Shown piece after piece: positions 1-13,391 of a stretch of 64,000 bases of DNA. The first letter of the stretch is position 1, and every line of letters begins with the position of its first letter. The stretch spans positions 144,212,001-144,276,000 of the forward strand of contig OX597817.1 of NCBI GenBank assembly GCA_951406725.2, written 5' to 3'. Under the pieces are notes generated by a model. That model ran no database searches. It worked only from the letters and a program-made list of their open reading frames with translations, and was not told the DNA's origin. The position numbers and the translations under genes were made by a program. The stretch is from Octopus vulgaris (Eukaryota).

Positions 1-319
1 TCTCTTATCTATATATATATATATATACACACACATATATATGTATATGGACGTATATGTATGTGTGTACGAGCCTATGTATGTGAGTCGTGTATGTATA
101 TATATAGATGTGTGTGTGTATATGTATGACTGTACATACATACCTACATACGCGCGCACGTGCACATACAAATATGCTTGTATGTATGTATTAGTGTATA
201 TATATATATATATATGTATATTTGATATAGATATATAGATACATATTTGAAAGAACAGACAGCAATATTACCGATATTTTAATATTGTGTACATGTATGT
301 ATAGATATATACACATATG

Positions 320-365
<46 letters not shown>

Positions 366-461
366 TACATATACACATATACATGTCAGTATATATATGT
401 ATATATATTTACACACTGTAAACTGAATACATATATATATATATATGTATATATGTGTAGG

Positions 462-518
<57 letters not shown>

Positions 519-1064
519 ATATATATATGTGTATATATATATATATGTATATATATTCAGTTTACAGCATGTCTTTACTTAGTTTCATGTCCTCCGGATA
601 ATCATCAGACAATGAATGCTGCATCAGAACAGCTCGTCTGTCTGTCTGACTGCTTGTCTGTCTGTTCGTCGGTTTGTTTGTCTTTCCAATTCTGCTCTAA
701 TGGCTTATTTACATCTACATTTCTCTAAAAACTCCTTTTTTACCGAGTTTTTAAATACTATTTATACACACACGCACGCACACACACACACATACACAAA
801 TACACACGTAGACATAAACATACACGCCGAAACACATACATTGAAATGCAAGCTCATCCATACGCACAACACTTCTATATGTATGTTTATATGTAACGAC
901 ACGCATACACGTATCCAAATTACTACACAATACCACGTGACGTGTAGCACATGCGTACATATGCATATCATCCATTTCATATGCAGTGTTTGATTAACAG
1001 TTTACGAGGCTCCACTCTGCTGTAGACAGCAGACGTTACTCTAATCCAGTTGCGTGGTCTAGAT

Positions 1065-1168
1065 TAACGCTAAATAAAGTGTCTTGCTCAAGGACATCCC
1101 GTGCCACCCGAAGTGGGAATCGAACTCATGATTATACGACCGTGAGCCCACTAGCTTAAACATTACAC
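1065..1168 (-). mobile_element. tRNA-derived CORE-type SINE, 5' fragment
   Basis: Minus strand has B-box GAGTTCGATTCCC followed by CORE-like GTCCTTGAGCAAGACACTTTA. Confidence 0.65.
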
Positions 1169-1275
1169 AAAATGTTTTCCCACACATATACCTATACATC
1201 ACAAATGTCGTTATACATACACGAACATATATATATATACATGTATATATACATATATATATATACATATATATA

Positions 1276-1627
1276 CTAGTAGTATCGCTCGGGTTTGTTT
1301 CGACCCTTTAGAATTAGAATTTTTGAAAAGTAAAAATTTTGCATTATGTAGCTTGCTATTCTCTTTAAGTGAACATTTTTCTGGTTGAAATACACCGAAA
1401 AATGGCGATACAGCAGTCAAAAAATCGTAAAAAACAGAGATTTTCATAGAAAAAAAAGCACCTTTTTAATGTAAATAATTTTTGGTCCGATTTGAATTTT
1501 AACCTCTACGGAATGAAGAGCAAGTCATCTTCTATCATACTCTCAATTTTGGTCAACTTGCGCCGCAGTAGTGTTAGTTGAAGGCTACCAAACCTGCCAC
1601 ACACAGACTACTTCAGCTTTATATATA
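1276..1627 (-). mobile_element. Non-autonomous Helitron, family H1, copy 1
   Basis: Minus strand ends CTAG|T and begins ...TATATAAAGCTGAAG; homologous to 11117-11514 and 13391-13766. Confidence 0.75.
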
Positions 1628-1740
1628 TGTATATATGTATATATACTATATATTTGTTGTTATTTTGCTTCAGTGTTATTTATTTTTTACATTAATCTTA
1701 ATCTTATTTCGGCCAGAGTTCTTTCGTCACACTCCTGTGA

Positions 1741-1851
<111 letters not shown>

Positions 1852-1859
1852 TATATACA

Positions 1860-2360
1860 AAGATGAACCGGATCCTCGAAACACACAACATCATTAAAAG
1901 TAAACGGCAACCTAAACTGCACTCAACATCAACCACAAAACCAGCAGTTAGAAAATGTGGAAGGCCCAACTGCGAAATCTGTGTCATCTTGGTAGAAGGT
2001 TCAGAATTTATACTAGAACAAGGCCATCAGTTCACCGTTAGAACAAACTTCACATGTGCATCAGAAAACTTAATTTACGTCTTAACATGCGCAGGCTGCA
2101 ATAGGCAGTATATAGGCCATACAAAAAAATAGCTTACGTAAAAGGATGGCGGTGCATAAATCCCAAATTAGAAACCCTGAATACCGGAAAATACCAGTCA
2201 GCGGACACATAGATAGATGTGCTACAAATGAAAATGAAATTTACAACTTACCCACTTTACAAATTCTGTGACAGCGTAACCTTCACCCAACGCCAAAATA
2301 AAGAACTTTATTTCATCAAAAAATTTAGACCAAGTTTGAACACCCTGGGCCAGGAATATT
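1860..2360 (+). pseudogene. GIY-YIG endonuclease domain of a Penelope-like element, frameshifted
   Basis: Translation KCGRPNCEIC...FTCASENLIYVLTCAGCNRQYIGHT / LRKRMAVHKSQIR...SGH...KELYFIKKFRPSLN; frameshift at the A-run near 2125. Confidence 0.88.
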
Positions 2361-3215
2361 AAAACAAAACATTGGTCTTCCGAAAAGGAAAAATGAAATT
2401 CTACCACAACCACAACGACCACTACGACTGCTTCCACTAGCAGCACTACTATTACAACCACCGTGGTCACTATTATTGCTGCTACGGCCACAGTGTGAGA
2501 ATTAAAATAGTAAAAAAGGGTGGAGGTGGGAAGAATTACAATGTCTCAGATCTTTAAACAGTCACTCCCGCTTGCATTGGTATGTTTTAGGGAAAGATGA
2601 ATTTATAAAAAAAATTTTTTCTGCGAGCAGATCTGATTTTGATTCGTTAAAAAATTGATGACGTTTTTCTTCCGTGGTCAAGCTTATCGTTCTGCTTGGT
2701 TGGTTTCCTTACAGGATACAGTTATGGGTCTTTTCCTTGTATTCGTTGAAGTTTGGTTTTGATTGGTTTGGAATTATGTGACGTCAGTGAGCAGTGCCAG
2801 TGAACCGACCACTACTGCTACTGCTGCTGCCACAGCTTAACTGCTACAACCCCAACCACCACCAAGGTTGCCAAAATTACGACCAACAGTAACAGTCACA
2901 GGTTACTACTACTACGACCAACAATCACTACTGTTGCTACCATTGGAACACAAGGTAACAAAAAAGCGGTTCCTTTTGATACCAGCAAGAAACAATAATG
3001 GACTTCTTCACTACACTCAACAGTAATATAGCGATTATACCAACTACCGACAAAACACCACCACATGGATTCAATTGAGAACAGTAAGAAACGATTATGA
3101 AATTTTCTATTGCACTTTTTATAATATATTTGATAAGGTTCGTTTTTCAAGAACATGGATTCTATTAAGACCAGTAAGAAACGATTATGAACTTTTCCAT
3201 TGCACTTTTTATAAT

Positions 3216-3260
3216 ATTTTTGATAAGGTTCGTTTTTTCAAGAACCGAAACATGTAAAAT
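3216..3260 (+). ncRNA. Minimal type-I hammerhead ribozyme motif, U3-A8 core variant
   Basis: ATTT-TTGATAA-GGTTC(GTTTTTTCAA)GAACC-GAAA-CATGT-A-AAAT: stem I ATTT/AAAT, stem II 5 bp, palindromic ACATGT stem III. Confidence 0.65.
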
Positions 3261-3384
3261 TCATAAGAAAATAAAAATTTATCTAATATAGTGGCGTTTT
3301 CAAACTTCTTTTTTACAAATATATACCCATTCGTATACGATCTACTCTTATTATAAATATATATATATATATAACAAGCGCACG

Positions 3385-3425
<41 letters not shown>

Positions 3426-4119
3426 GCACGCACGCACGCACACACAATAACCGGAATCACTTCTCTTTCAAAACGCAGCGTTGACTTCAGTCGTAGGCTA
3501 GGCACGTGGTTATGGGTGATTTTTCATACTACACTGATGTCGCTAGAGCAGAATTTTCAACTTCTGAAACATATCCGACCTCGGTGTCCAACCCGCGAAA
3601 CTACTTCTTTGTGGTCTAAAGAAAAAAAAAACGCTTTTCAAAAACCTGTAAATCATCGGAAGAGCTAGTGGACGCTTTTAATCTTTCCGAAATTGCCTGT
3701 AGATGTTCGGCATTAAAGGAGTTTGCCAGTAGTTTAACGATTTATGGAGCTTGCCTAAAAGGACTAACTCGAGCAGGTGATTACCACACTTTTATCTCCG
3801 CATCAGTTGAGCATAAAACTAAGTTTACTGACGAAATATTAGAAGGAAATGTTTTTGTGGTTTCATTTAACTTGAGCTCACCTTGCAAAATATTGTGAGC
3901 TGGGATTGCGATCACATGCATACTACTTGATTGCATATTACTTGATTGCTACGTAGATATTTTTTGTTATTCTGGCTATCTCATTCTTGGATAATAATTC
4001 GTGTTTTAAAGCAGAAATCCGCAGCCACTAACCGACCGGATTTGGAGGTTTCAACTCTAGCATAGGCGCAGGAGTGGCTGTGTAGCTTGTTTACCTCGCT
4101 TACGCATGCGTGAGTTTGT

Positions 4120-5545
4120 CAATCAGTTACGAGAGTGAACACTGTCAAGACGTGCTTGGAAGCCGTCTTGAATTTAAAAAACCGTTGAAGGCGCGACTGC
4201 AAGGTAGACATCTGTCATTTTAGGGATTCGGTGGAGAATTAAAATTTTTTGATATTGTTTTTTTCTCGAATAAGAAATTCTCACTGGGTCCTAGACATTT
4301 GTCTGCTGCGGTCACGCCGAGTGGCTCACTTAGATGTGAGAATTATTGTTTTGGTGGGCGTGTCTCGATGCCAAAATTTGAAAAATTTATGAATTCGTGG
4401 AGGAACTTTTGTGTGCTGCGACGGTGAACTGGAGTACCTATATTCCCGTGGATTACCTGAGTGGCGGAATTGTGTTGCCGTGAATTGAACTGGCTTCCTT
4501 CGTTCTTTTTCTCTGCTCTGTCTTTCTGTTCTTTTTTATGCTTTATTGGACTTTTTATTTGGAACATTTTGGATTTTGTGTTGAACATTTTTCTTTATTT
4601 TTTCTTTTGCAAGCATGACAAAAAAGCAACAACACTGTATTGGAGTGGCAAATTGTGGCCCTCGAGCAGTGGGGAAAAACTTTAATGGGAGAACGGTGGT
4701 GTTGAGGACATATTCTAAGTCCCTCGATACTATCACTGTGTTCTCCCAGGCGGACATTGAAAAGGGGTTGGCAGAATATATGCCAACTATTAAGTTTATT
4801 GCAAGGGGTGTCAAATATGCAACGGTGTGGTTGCTGTTTGACAACCCTGGGGAGGGTCGAGAAAATTCTGTTTTTCCCCAAATATGGTGGGAGGAAATTG
4901 ACAAGAGCTTGGGTATGTGGGCTGCCACCCGGAATAGATCCCTAATAGATAGCAGACACTATACGTCGGGGTCTGGGTGGCAGCAAACCAAACTCTTAAA
5001 TGTAAAAATTCTGCCTGCGGCTGATTCGGGTGGGGTCGAATGCAGTTTTGACTCTGTGGACCCAATCAGCCGATAATCTGGTTTTTCCAGATTTTTTGAG
5101 GATGGCCGGGTGCAGGTACCCGGTGATTCTTGAGACCCCTCCCCCCCCCAGGTGTCATCGGTGCCTGGAGCCTGGCCATATAAAGAAAGAACTGTCCTCA
5201 GGAACAAAGCAAATTCCTGGAGCAGTTGATGACGACTTCTGTAAAAGAAGGAACAAAGGCGGCCGAGGAGGTGGAGGACTCCTCAAAGAAGGGTCGCAAG
5301 AAGAAGAAGGTGAGCAATAATGGGTGCTCACCGAAGGATCCTAAGGATGAGGGAGGAGAGACGAATCTCCCGGTTACGGAGGAGACGCACTCTCCCCCAG
5401 TTGAGAAGAAAAAAAATGAGGAAGAGGAACAAAAACGGGACATTGCCGGCAGTCGGTGACATAGCACCGGAATGTCCCGAAACCTCGTCGGTAGGGATTG
5501 TGCCACCGGCAGCGGAAGAGACACCGTTGGCGGGAATTGTGCTCA
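4120..5545 (+). mobile_element. Tx1/L1-like LINE 5' region with decayed gag-like ORF1
   Basis: ORFs 4615-5076, 5030-5320 and 5226-5459; zinc knuckle RCHRCLEPGHIKK(frameshift)NCP fits CX2CX4HX4C and is followed by a basic/acidic tail. No ORF2. Confidence 0.62.
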
Positions 5546-5550
5546 GCTAC

Positions 5551-5651
5551 TTGCACGTGCTCAGCTACTTGTACGTTAATTTCACGGGAAGGCTGTTCCG
5601 TTGATCGGATCAACTGGAACCCTCGTCGTCGTAACGGACGGAGTGCCACGA

Positions 5652-5743
<92 letters not shown>

Positions 5744-6005
5744 CCACGAGGCTCCGGCAGGGAGTGGTGGTGAACCCTGCTGTACTCTTCCACCACAACT
5801 TTCACGCTTCCTGTTTCTGCTGTACCTGTATTTCAAAGGGCCAGCCTTGTCACACTTTGCGTCACGCTGAGGCTCCCCGAGAACTACGTGAAGGAGTACA
5901 CGTGTCTGTGGAGTGTTCGGCCACTTGTACGTTAATTTCACGGGAAGGCTGTTCCGTTGATCGGATCAACTGGAACCTTCGTCGTCGTAACGGACGGAGT
6001 ACCAC

Positions 6006-6056
<51 letters not shown>

Positions 6057-6350
6057 TGTGTGTGTGTGTATCCACGAGGCTCCGGCAGGGAGTGGTGGTG
6101 AACCCTGCTGTACTCTTCCACCACAACTTTCACTCTTTCTTCCTGTTTCTGCTGTACCTGTATTTCAAAGGGGTCAGCCTTGTCACACTGTATCACGCTG
6201 AAGCTCCCCGAGAACTACATGAAGGAGTACACGTGTCTGTGGAGTGCTCAGCCACTTGCACGTTAATTTCACGAGCAGGCAGTTCCGTTGATCGTATCAA
6301 CTGGAACCCTCGTCGTCGTGCCACCGTGCCGCCGACGGAGTGCCACTGTG
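5551..6350 (+). repeat. Three tandem copies of a SINE/LINE 3' tail separated by (TA)n(TG)n
   Basis: Units at ~5551-5650 (partial), 5742-6007 and 6070-6350; the tail is shared with SINEs at 18555-18845 and 27835-28105. Confidence 0.85.
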
Positions 6351-6861
6351 GACGAATATATTTATTTTATTACATAAATAGGTGAACATGCTTGGTACTA
6401 ACTTGAAGGTAAGGGGAGGTAATTAAATAGCACAACACTCCAACGTTTGTGCCAATTAGCCGCCTGTATAGAATATCTTAAATATCGATATGTAGCTCTA
6501 ATGATACTGTAAAGACATTCTGAGATATCGATTTACTACGCGTACTAAGTCTTGATTGACATATTTTTCTGAATCCGGTGTAGTATTTCACGAATACTCT
6601 AATTCTATTCCCAATATTTTAAGATATACTTCCACATTATCGATTAGCAATGATCTAAAGACCAATGATATAAAAGTTTTTGATTTGACTTGTAGTCATT
6701 CCTTATGACGTTGCTGTGAAGTGGCGATGTCTCTGTTATCCAAGCTGCTGTTGCTACTATAAACGTTTCAATCATCAACTCTCAAGCTTTGCTTATTAAC
6801 AACGTTTATTTACTTCACTTAGGACTTGAGTAGGTTCACTACGGAGCTTCTATAAGCGGCG

Positions 6862-6971
6862 GGCAATCCTTCGCTGTGACTCGACAAAACCAAAACAAGC
6901 ACTCGGCTGTTTCCGTGACAACGCGACAGTTCACTTCGGATGTCTTCGTGACATCCGTGACAGCTGCTGTG

Positions 6972-7040
<69 letters not shown>

Positions 7041-7087
7041 CTTGTTCTTGTCTGTGTGTCTGTGTGACACATACAAGAACAAGCACG

Positions 7088-7148
<61 letters not shown>

Positions 7149-7274
7149 GAACAAGCACGCGCACACACAGCGGTCACAGCAGCTGTCACGAAGGTCACGA
7201 AGATATCCGAAGTGAATTGTCGGAAACAACCGAGTGTTTGTTTTAGTTTTGTCGAGTTATATCGAAGGATTGCC
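6862..7274. repeat. ~410 bp fold-back palindrome, MITE-like, with (TG)n/(CA)n arms
   Basis: GGCAATCCTTCG..CTCGACAAAAC..GTGACAGCTGCTGTGACC(TG)n is mirrored by (CA)n..GGTCACAGCAGCTGTCAC..GTTTTGTCGAG..CGAAGGATTGCC. Confidence 0.9.
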
Positions 7275-7371
7275 AAGCAGCCTTGTTGTTGTTGTTGTAT
7301 AGCCCTAGGTCAGACCAGAGTGGATAGAGCTATGAGCAAAGATATTCCTGCTATATTCCATCTTTTACTTC

Positions 7372-7783
7372 TTTCAGTTATTAGATTGTGGCCATGCTGG
7401 GGCACCGCCTTGAAGAATTGTAATCGAACGAATCGACTTCGGTACTTTTGTTTTATTTCTTTTAAAGGCTGGTACTTATTCTATCGGTTTACTTTTGCCG
7501 AACCGCTAGGTTATAGGCCGTAAAGTGAAACGGTAGTAGAGGACAGAGACACAGAGACACGCTTGAGTGCACACGCACACGTGCGCGTGCACACACGCAT
7601 ACACACACATACATATATGTATATATATGTCGGTCTTCTTTCAGTTTCCATCTACCAAATTCACTCACAAGGTCAGCCCGTGGTTATAGTAGAATACATA
7701 TTCCCAAGATGCCACGCAGTGAGATTGAACCCAAAACTTCGTGGCTGGAAAGCAAACGCCTTACTACACAACCACACCTGCAC
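7372..7783 (-). mobile_element. Abundant CORE-type tRNA SINE (family S1, internal CA/TA microsatellite), diverged copy
   Basis: Homologous to 13965-14356, 39577-40007 and 56670-57075. Confidence 0.75.
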
Positions 7784-8109
7784 CAATGATCACATCGTGT
7801 TTACGAAGACGTTAAATATCTGAAACTACTTCAACCAATATATCATCGATTTTTTTCGATCATACGGATCATAAGAAAGATTTAACTGGTATTTCTAGCA
7901 GTGGTTACTAACCCTTCATTGTTTAAGAAAACTTTGTTTAATGTTCCAACCCTTGCAAAAAGAAAATCACATTTGAAGATAAAAAATGTTAACTTTCTAA
8001 TGATTCATTAATATATTATCTTAATTGAGTCGCGTATAGTTGTGTGGAATAATAAAGTTCTTGGTGATATTTTAAAGAGTTAGTAATTGTATTATGCCTT
8101 AATGGTCGA

Positions 8110-8325
8110 CTTTAAGGCGCTGAACTAACAGATTCATAAGCACGCCGAACAAAATCCTTAGCGGTATTTCGTCCGTCTTTACATTCTGAATTCGAATTCC
8201 GTCGAGATCAACTTTAACTTCCAACTTTTCGGGGCCGTTAAAATAAGTACCAGATGAGAACTGGAGTCGATGTAATCGACTTACCCATATTCCCAAATTG
8301 CTGGCATTGTACCAAAATTTGCAAC
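8110..8325 (-). mobile_element. SINE family S2, diverged copy
   Basis: Diverged match to the S2 consensus GGCGAGCTGGCAGAA..GAGTTCAAATTCC..GCCTTTCATCCTTTCGGGGTCGAT..AAGTACCAG. Confidence 0.65.
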
Positions 8326-8702
8326 CAATAATCTTATTCTGTAAAGCAATTTTAATAAAGTATTTTCCTAATTTTGCGTCACTCACCGAAAAGCTATCTC
8401 CTCCTCCCAGTGAATATAAACACCGTACTTTTCTTTATTGGCGTATTAGAATAATTAGAATAAATTAGAATAAATTAGAGTAATTTAGAAATAAATACTA
8501 ATCTTACCGGGCTGTTTAGCGACTGGTTTTTGTAGCTGATGAAGCGAAACGACGGAGAAATGTATGCGTCCTATGATCCAGTGACGTCACTCACAGCGTT
8601 TCTACAAAAGTCTAAATGGAGAATTATCTTCCAGGACTCTTCCTTCAGTGAATGGTCTTTTCCGTTCGATTGCACTCGAACGTGTTGAACATGACTTCAC
8701 AC

Positions 8703-8742
<40 letters not shown>

Positions 8743-8891
8743 ACAAACACACACACTCACTCAACTACATGTATTATGTCCTTTGATTTGCTTTCAAATC
8801 TGTGTGAGTGTGTGTGTGTGTGTGTGCGTAGCGCGCTTATAAATGTGTATATATATATATATATATGTATATGCGTATGTGTGCATGTGAT

Positions 8892-8983
<92 letters not shown>

Positions 8984-9010
8984 AATGAGAGTATATACAT
9001 ACACGTACAC

Positions 9011-9135
<125 letters not shown>

Positions 9136-9377
9136 ATAATGAATACTTAATCGAAGATTTTGAGCAGTATGTGTATGGTGGGCGGATGCTTGTGTGTATG
9201 TATGTGTGTGTGTGTGTGTGTTTGAGACAGTGTGTTATTGCAAAAGACGAGTGAATTACAAAAGAAGGGAAAAATTATTATCTGGATTGTTCTGTCTGTG
9301 TTGCACATACATTTGGTAATCGATCCTCGTTGCAGCAATATCCCGAATCCGCCCACATTTCCAGTCAATGCCAAAGG

Positions 9378-10068
9378 CAGCAGTAGCAGCAGCGGCAGCA
9401 GCAGCAGCGGCAGCAGCAGCAGCAGCAGCAACAACAACAACAACAACAACAACAACAGTACCTACAACTGAAGCTAACCCCTTTATAATAATAACAGTAA
9501 AACACGGCAACAACAATAACAAGAACAACGGGAGCCGTCACCTCTACTACTATGTCGGTAACCACGACAACAACGATATGAACAACAACAACATCAACAT
9601 CAACGATAGGCCACACTACCGTTGCCATCACCGCCAACACCACTTCCATCACTACCACCGCCACCACCGTCATCACAACATCAAGCATAGCCACAACAGC
9701 AAGAACATTAACACGAACAATGGACACCACCACCATCACTACCACCACCACCACTATCACTATCACCACCACCGTCACCACCACCACCAACAAGAACAAC
9801 AACGCCATCACTACCACAACCACTACCCCTCCCCCATCACTACCACCTCTACCACCACCACCACCACCAGCATCACCACAAACAACATCACCGCCCCCGC
9901 TACCGCCGCCGCCGCTGCCACCGCTCCGTCGCCACCGCCGCTGCCGCCGCCGCCACCACCACCATCATCATCATCATCATCATCGTCGTCGTCATCGTCG
10001 TCATCATCATCATCATCATCACCACCACCACCACCGCTACTAATAAAACCACCATCTCGACCATCACC

Positions 10069-10100
<32 letters not shown>

Positions 10101-10364
10101 CACCACCACCACCACCACCACCACCACCAGCACCACAGCAACAACAACAACAACAACAACAACATTTGCCACTGCAACAACAGCAGGAACAACGACGCGA
10201 AACAATCGCCAAAAGTAGAGAGTGAACAAGAAAAATGGTGAATCAGTGAAAAAGCGAGAAAAGGAGATTTGTGGTTAAAGAGAAAAGACATTGAAAGGAA
10301 AAAAGACAAATGGAGAGCGTTTGGAATTAGGTTTTAATTCGGTTTAAATTGGATATTACCACTA

Positions 10365-10436
<72 letters not shown>

Positions 10437-10650
10437 ACTACTACTACTACTACCACCATCAGTTCTGCAAATAGTGGTAGTAATCGTAGCAGCAGTAGTA
10501 GTAGTAGTGCTGATGATGATTATAATGGTGATAGTGGTGGTGGTGGTGGTAGAGATGATCGTGATGATGACAGAGACAGCGACGACGAAATGGTGATCGA
10601 GCCGACCGCGACGAAGACAGCATTGATGATGATGATGATGATGATGACGA
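9378..10650. repeat. Mosaic trinucleotide microsatellite field (CAG, CAA, CAC, CCG, CAT, CGA, CTA, GAT)
   Basis: Read directly; explains the low-complexity 285-aa ORF at 9368-10225. Confidence 0.9.
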
Positions 10651-10932
10651 ATCTCTTTTTGTTTCTTTTTTCCTTTTTTTTTTGTTGTTGTTAATTTATT
10701 GGTTTCTATTTCTTTCGCACGTCCTCTCGACTTACATTGAGACTTATATCCACTTTACAATCCCGCTTAAACATTTGCACTGTCGACACCCACAACAGCG
10801 AAACAGGTGCAGGGAACGAAGGAACATTCCGGAAGTCCAACGTCTAAGATGTTTGCGCATGTTGTGGTCAGCACCGGCTCACATGTGGAAGTCGTACCCC
10901 ATTGTGCGTCTTCGTCAGAGTGGTGGTGGTGG

Positions 10933-10975
<43 letters not shown>

Positions 10976-11050
10976 GATAACGATTTCCCCCTTCTTTTGA
11001 TTAATTCATTGGTTATTATTTATTGATGATGATGATGATGATGAAGATGG

Positions 11051-11082
<32 letters not shown>

Positions 11083-11116
11083 GTGACGATGATGATGGTT
11101 AAGCTTTCTCTTTATA

Positions 11117-11514
11117 CTAGCAGTATCGCCCAGCGATGCTCAGGCTTGTTTTCTTTTCGACCCTTTAGAATTGGAATTTTTGAAAAGTAAAAATTTTACA
11201 TTATGTAGCTTGTTATTCTCTTTAAGTGAACATTTTTCTGGTTGAAATACACTGAAAACTGGCGACACAGCAGTCAAAAAATCGTAAAAAATAGGGACTT
11301 TCATAGAAAAAAAGCACCTTTTTGATGTAAATGATTTTTGGTGTTAACATGGTTCGATTTGAATTTTATCTTCTACGGAAGGAAGAGCAAGCCTTCTTCT
11401 ATCATACACTCAATGTTGGTCAACTTGCGCCATAGGGTCTCGGAGGAGATAGTGTTAGTTGAAGGCTACCAAACCTGCCATACACAGACAACTTCAGCTT
11501 TATATGGAGAGAGA
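11117..11514 (-). mobile_element. Non-autonomous Helitron H1, complete copy
   Basis: Minus strand A|TCTCTCTCCATATAAAGCTG...CTAG|T: 5'-TC, 3'-CTAG, inserted in an AT dinucleotide, GC-rich subterminal segment, no TSD. Confidence 0.85.
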
Positions 11515-11596
11515 TCAGTACAAGACCAATCGTTACTCAGTACTTTATTGGTGCCCTCCTGAGTGAGCCAATCTTTTATCGTTTATCTTTCACAGG

Positions 11597-11865
11597 TTTC
11601 AGTCATTAGATTGCGGCCATGGTGGGGCAGCGCATTGAAGGGTTTGTAATCGAGCAAATCGATCTCAATATTTATCTTTTTAAGCCGTGTACTTTTTCTA
11701 GCGGTCTCTATTGTCGAACCGCTTAGTTACGGCGACGTTAACACACCAACATCTGTTGTCAAGTACTAGTAGGGAACAAGCACAGATACACACACACATA
11801 CACATGCACGCACACACGCACACGCACACACACACACACACATATACGACGAGCTTCCTTCAGTT
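11597..11865 (-). mobile_element. SINE S1, 3' part
   Basis: TTTCAGTCATTAGATTGCGGCCATG...GAACCGCTTAGTTACGG matches S1. Confidence 0.7.
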
Positions 11866-12305
11866 TGATTTATTTTTCAGCGTACAATTTTCATCATCCC
11901 ACTCCCAAGTATGACATCACACATTCCTTCCTTATTCAACTATCACCCCTTCCTTTCTCATTCATAAACACAAGAGTATTATTATAGTAGATTATCTCGG
12001 TAACCATGGGAGCTATGAAAAAATACAAAGCCGAGCAACACCACTGGATCATTCTACACATCTGTGTAATTTTTCGCACAATTCCACCCAGCCGTTTGAC
12101 CGTGAATTTCAAGACAAGAACGAATCGCCTATCGCCCATGCAATAGAGGACAACAAAACATTCGGACAGATAGACAACACAAAGGCGGACAAGAGAAACA
12201 ACAATTAGAAAGACAGGCAAAAACAGACGGGTCATTCGTGGCCTTCTTTCCTCAGTCAAGTACCAGATGTCACGACCGTTTCGGACAGTTACATAGCTAA
12301 CTAGC

Positions 12306-12353
<48 letters not shown>

Positions 12354-13337
12354 CGGACAGATAGAGAGAGACAAAGAACTTTGACAAACAGCTGATTTTT
12401 GGTTGATAGAACGATTAAACAAATAATCGATTAGTTAATTTGTTAAATGTTTAACCAAATGATTAATAAAAAGAAATTCAAAGAAGGATATCATTAAAGA
12501 ACAAAGCAGGCTTTTCAGGAAGACTAATTTTATGGAAAATTCTTTAGGGAGATGGGTGATCGGGTAAAGGTAGAAAAATTATTGTAATAAATCAGATGCC
12601 AAAATTCAAACCTAATGATTGAGACTGAAGTATCGATATTTCCCGTGAAATAATATACTGAGAATAAATTGTCAACTTATATGTATATTAGCATCTTCTC
12701 AAACTCGCCTACGTATTCCTCTTATAGATTAATTGTTACCGCTAAAAGCCATCACATGTTTCTTGAAATTCTTCGTTTTGTGCCATATAAATTCGACAAT
12801 TGAATTTCATCATATAGATTGTAGCAAAAAACAAAAAACAAAGCAAGAAAAAACAAGAAACAAAAAGCAAACAAAAGTGTAGCGCATTTAAATAAATGAA
12901 TGCAGAAAATTGTATTTGAAAGAATTTAACAGTAGGCATTATGATGCTGCCCGACTCGCCCACTGGGAATGATCTGGAGTAGGCAGAATAATGTCATGGA
13001 AAATTATAATTGAATCTGAAGGCATTAAATTTCTTTAGAAATTCACCCAAGTAATGAATAGCTTTGGACAGGCACGTATCGTGAGTGCAAACTCTGAGAA
13101 GAAACGTTAAGAGAATATTGTCAAGGAAAATTATTATCACTTACATGTCAATAAGTGAATATATGTAAATATATTTTGGCAGCAAAAAATATCGTCTTAC
13201 ACACAGAGAGACAGACAGACACACACACATACACACAGACAGACAGACACACATAGACACACACACAGAGACACACACACAGGCACACACACAAATATAT
13301 GTGTACATACACGCACATATACACAAGCATATATATG

Positions 13338-13390
<53 letters not shown>

Positions 13391-13391
<1 letters not shown>

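Larger units (their letters stand above)
1860..3320 (+). mobile_element. 3' portion of a Penelope-like element (GIY-YIG plus ~900 bp 3' region ending in a hammerhead motif)
   Basis: GIY-YIG followed by non-coding sequence that recurs at 45256-46127; ~90 bp partial tandem duplication (3063-3243); flanked by (TA)n. Confidence 0.72.

Noticed and set aside
8537-8552. CTGATGAAGCGAAAC as a hammerhead
   Set aside because: No room for stem II and no stem I/III partner.
8581-8590. CRE palindrome TGACGTCA as a promoter (also ~44249)
   Set aside because: Isolated 8-mers with no associated gene; two further instances lie within a repeat.
9368-10225. 285-aa ORF with poly-A/T/N/H/P/S/R/Q runs
   Set aside because: Made of trinucleotide repeats that lack stops by construction; no domain or splice evidence. 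A low-complexity exon or UTR cannot be fully excluded.
11936-12307. 123-aa minus-strand ORF in unique sequence
   Set aside because: Non-ATG start and no recognisable motif; may be a UTR or regulatory island.
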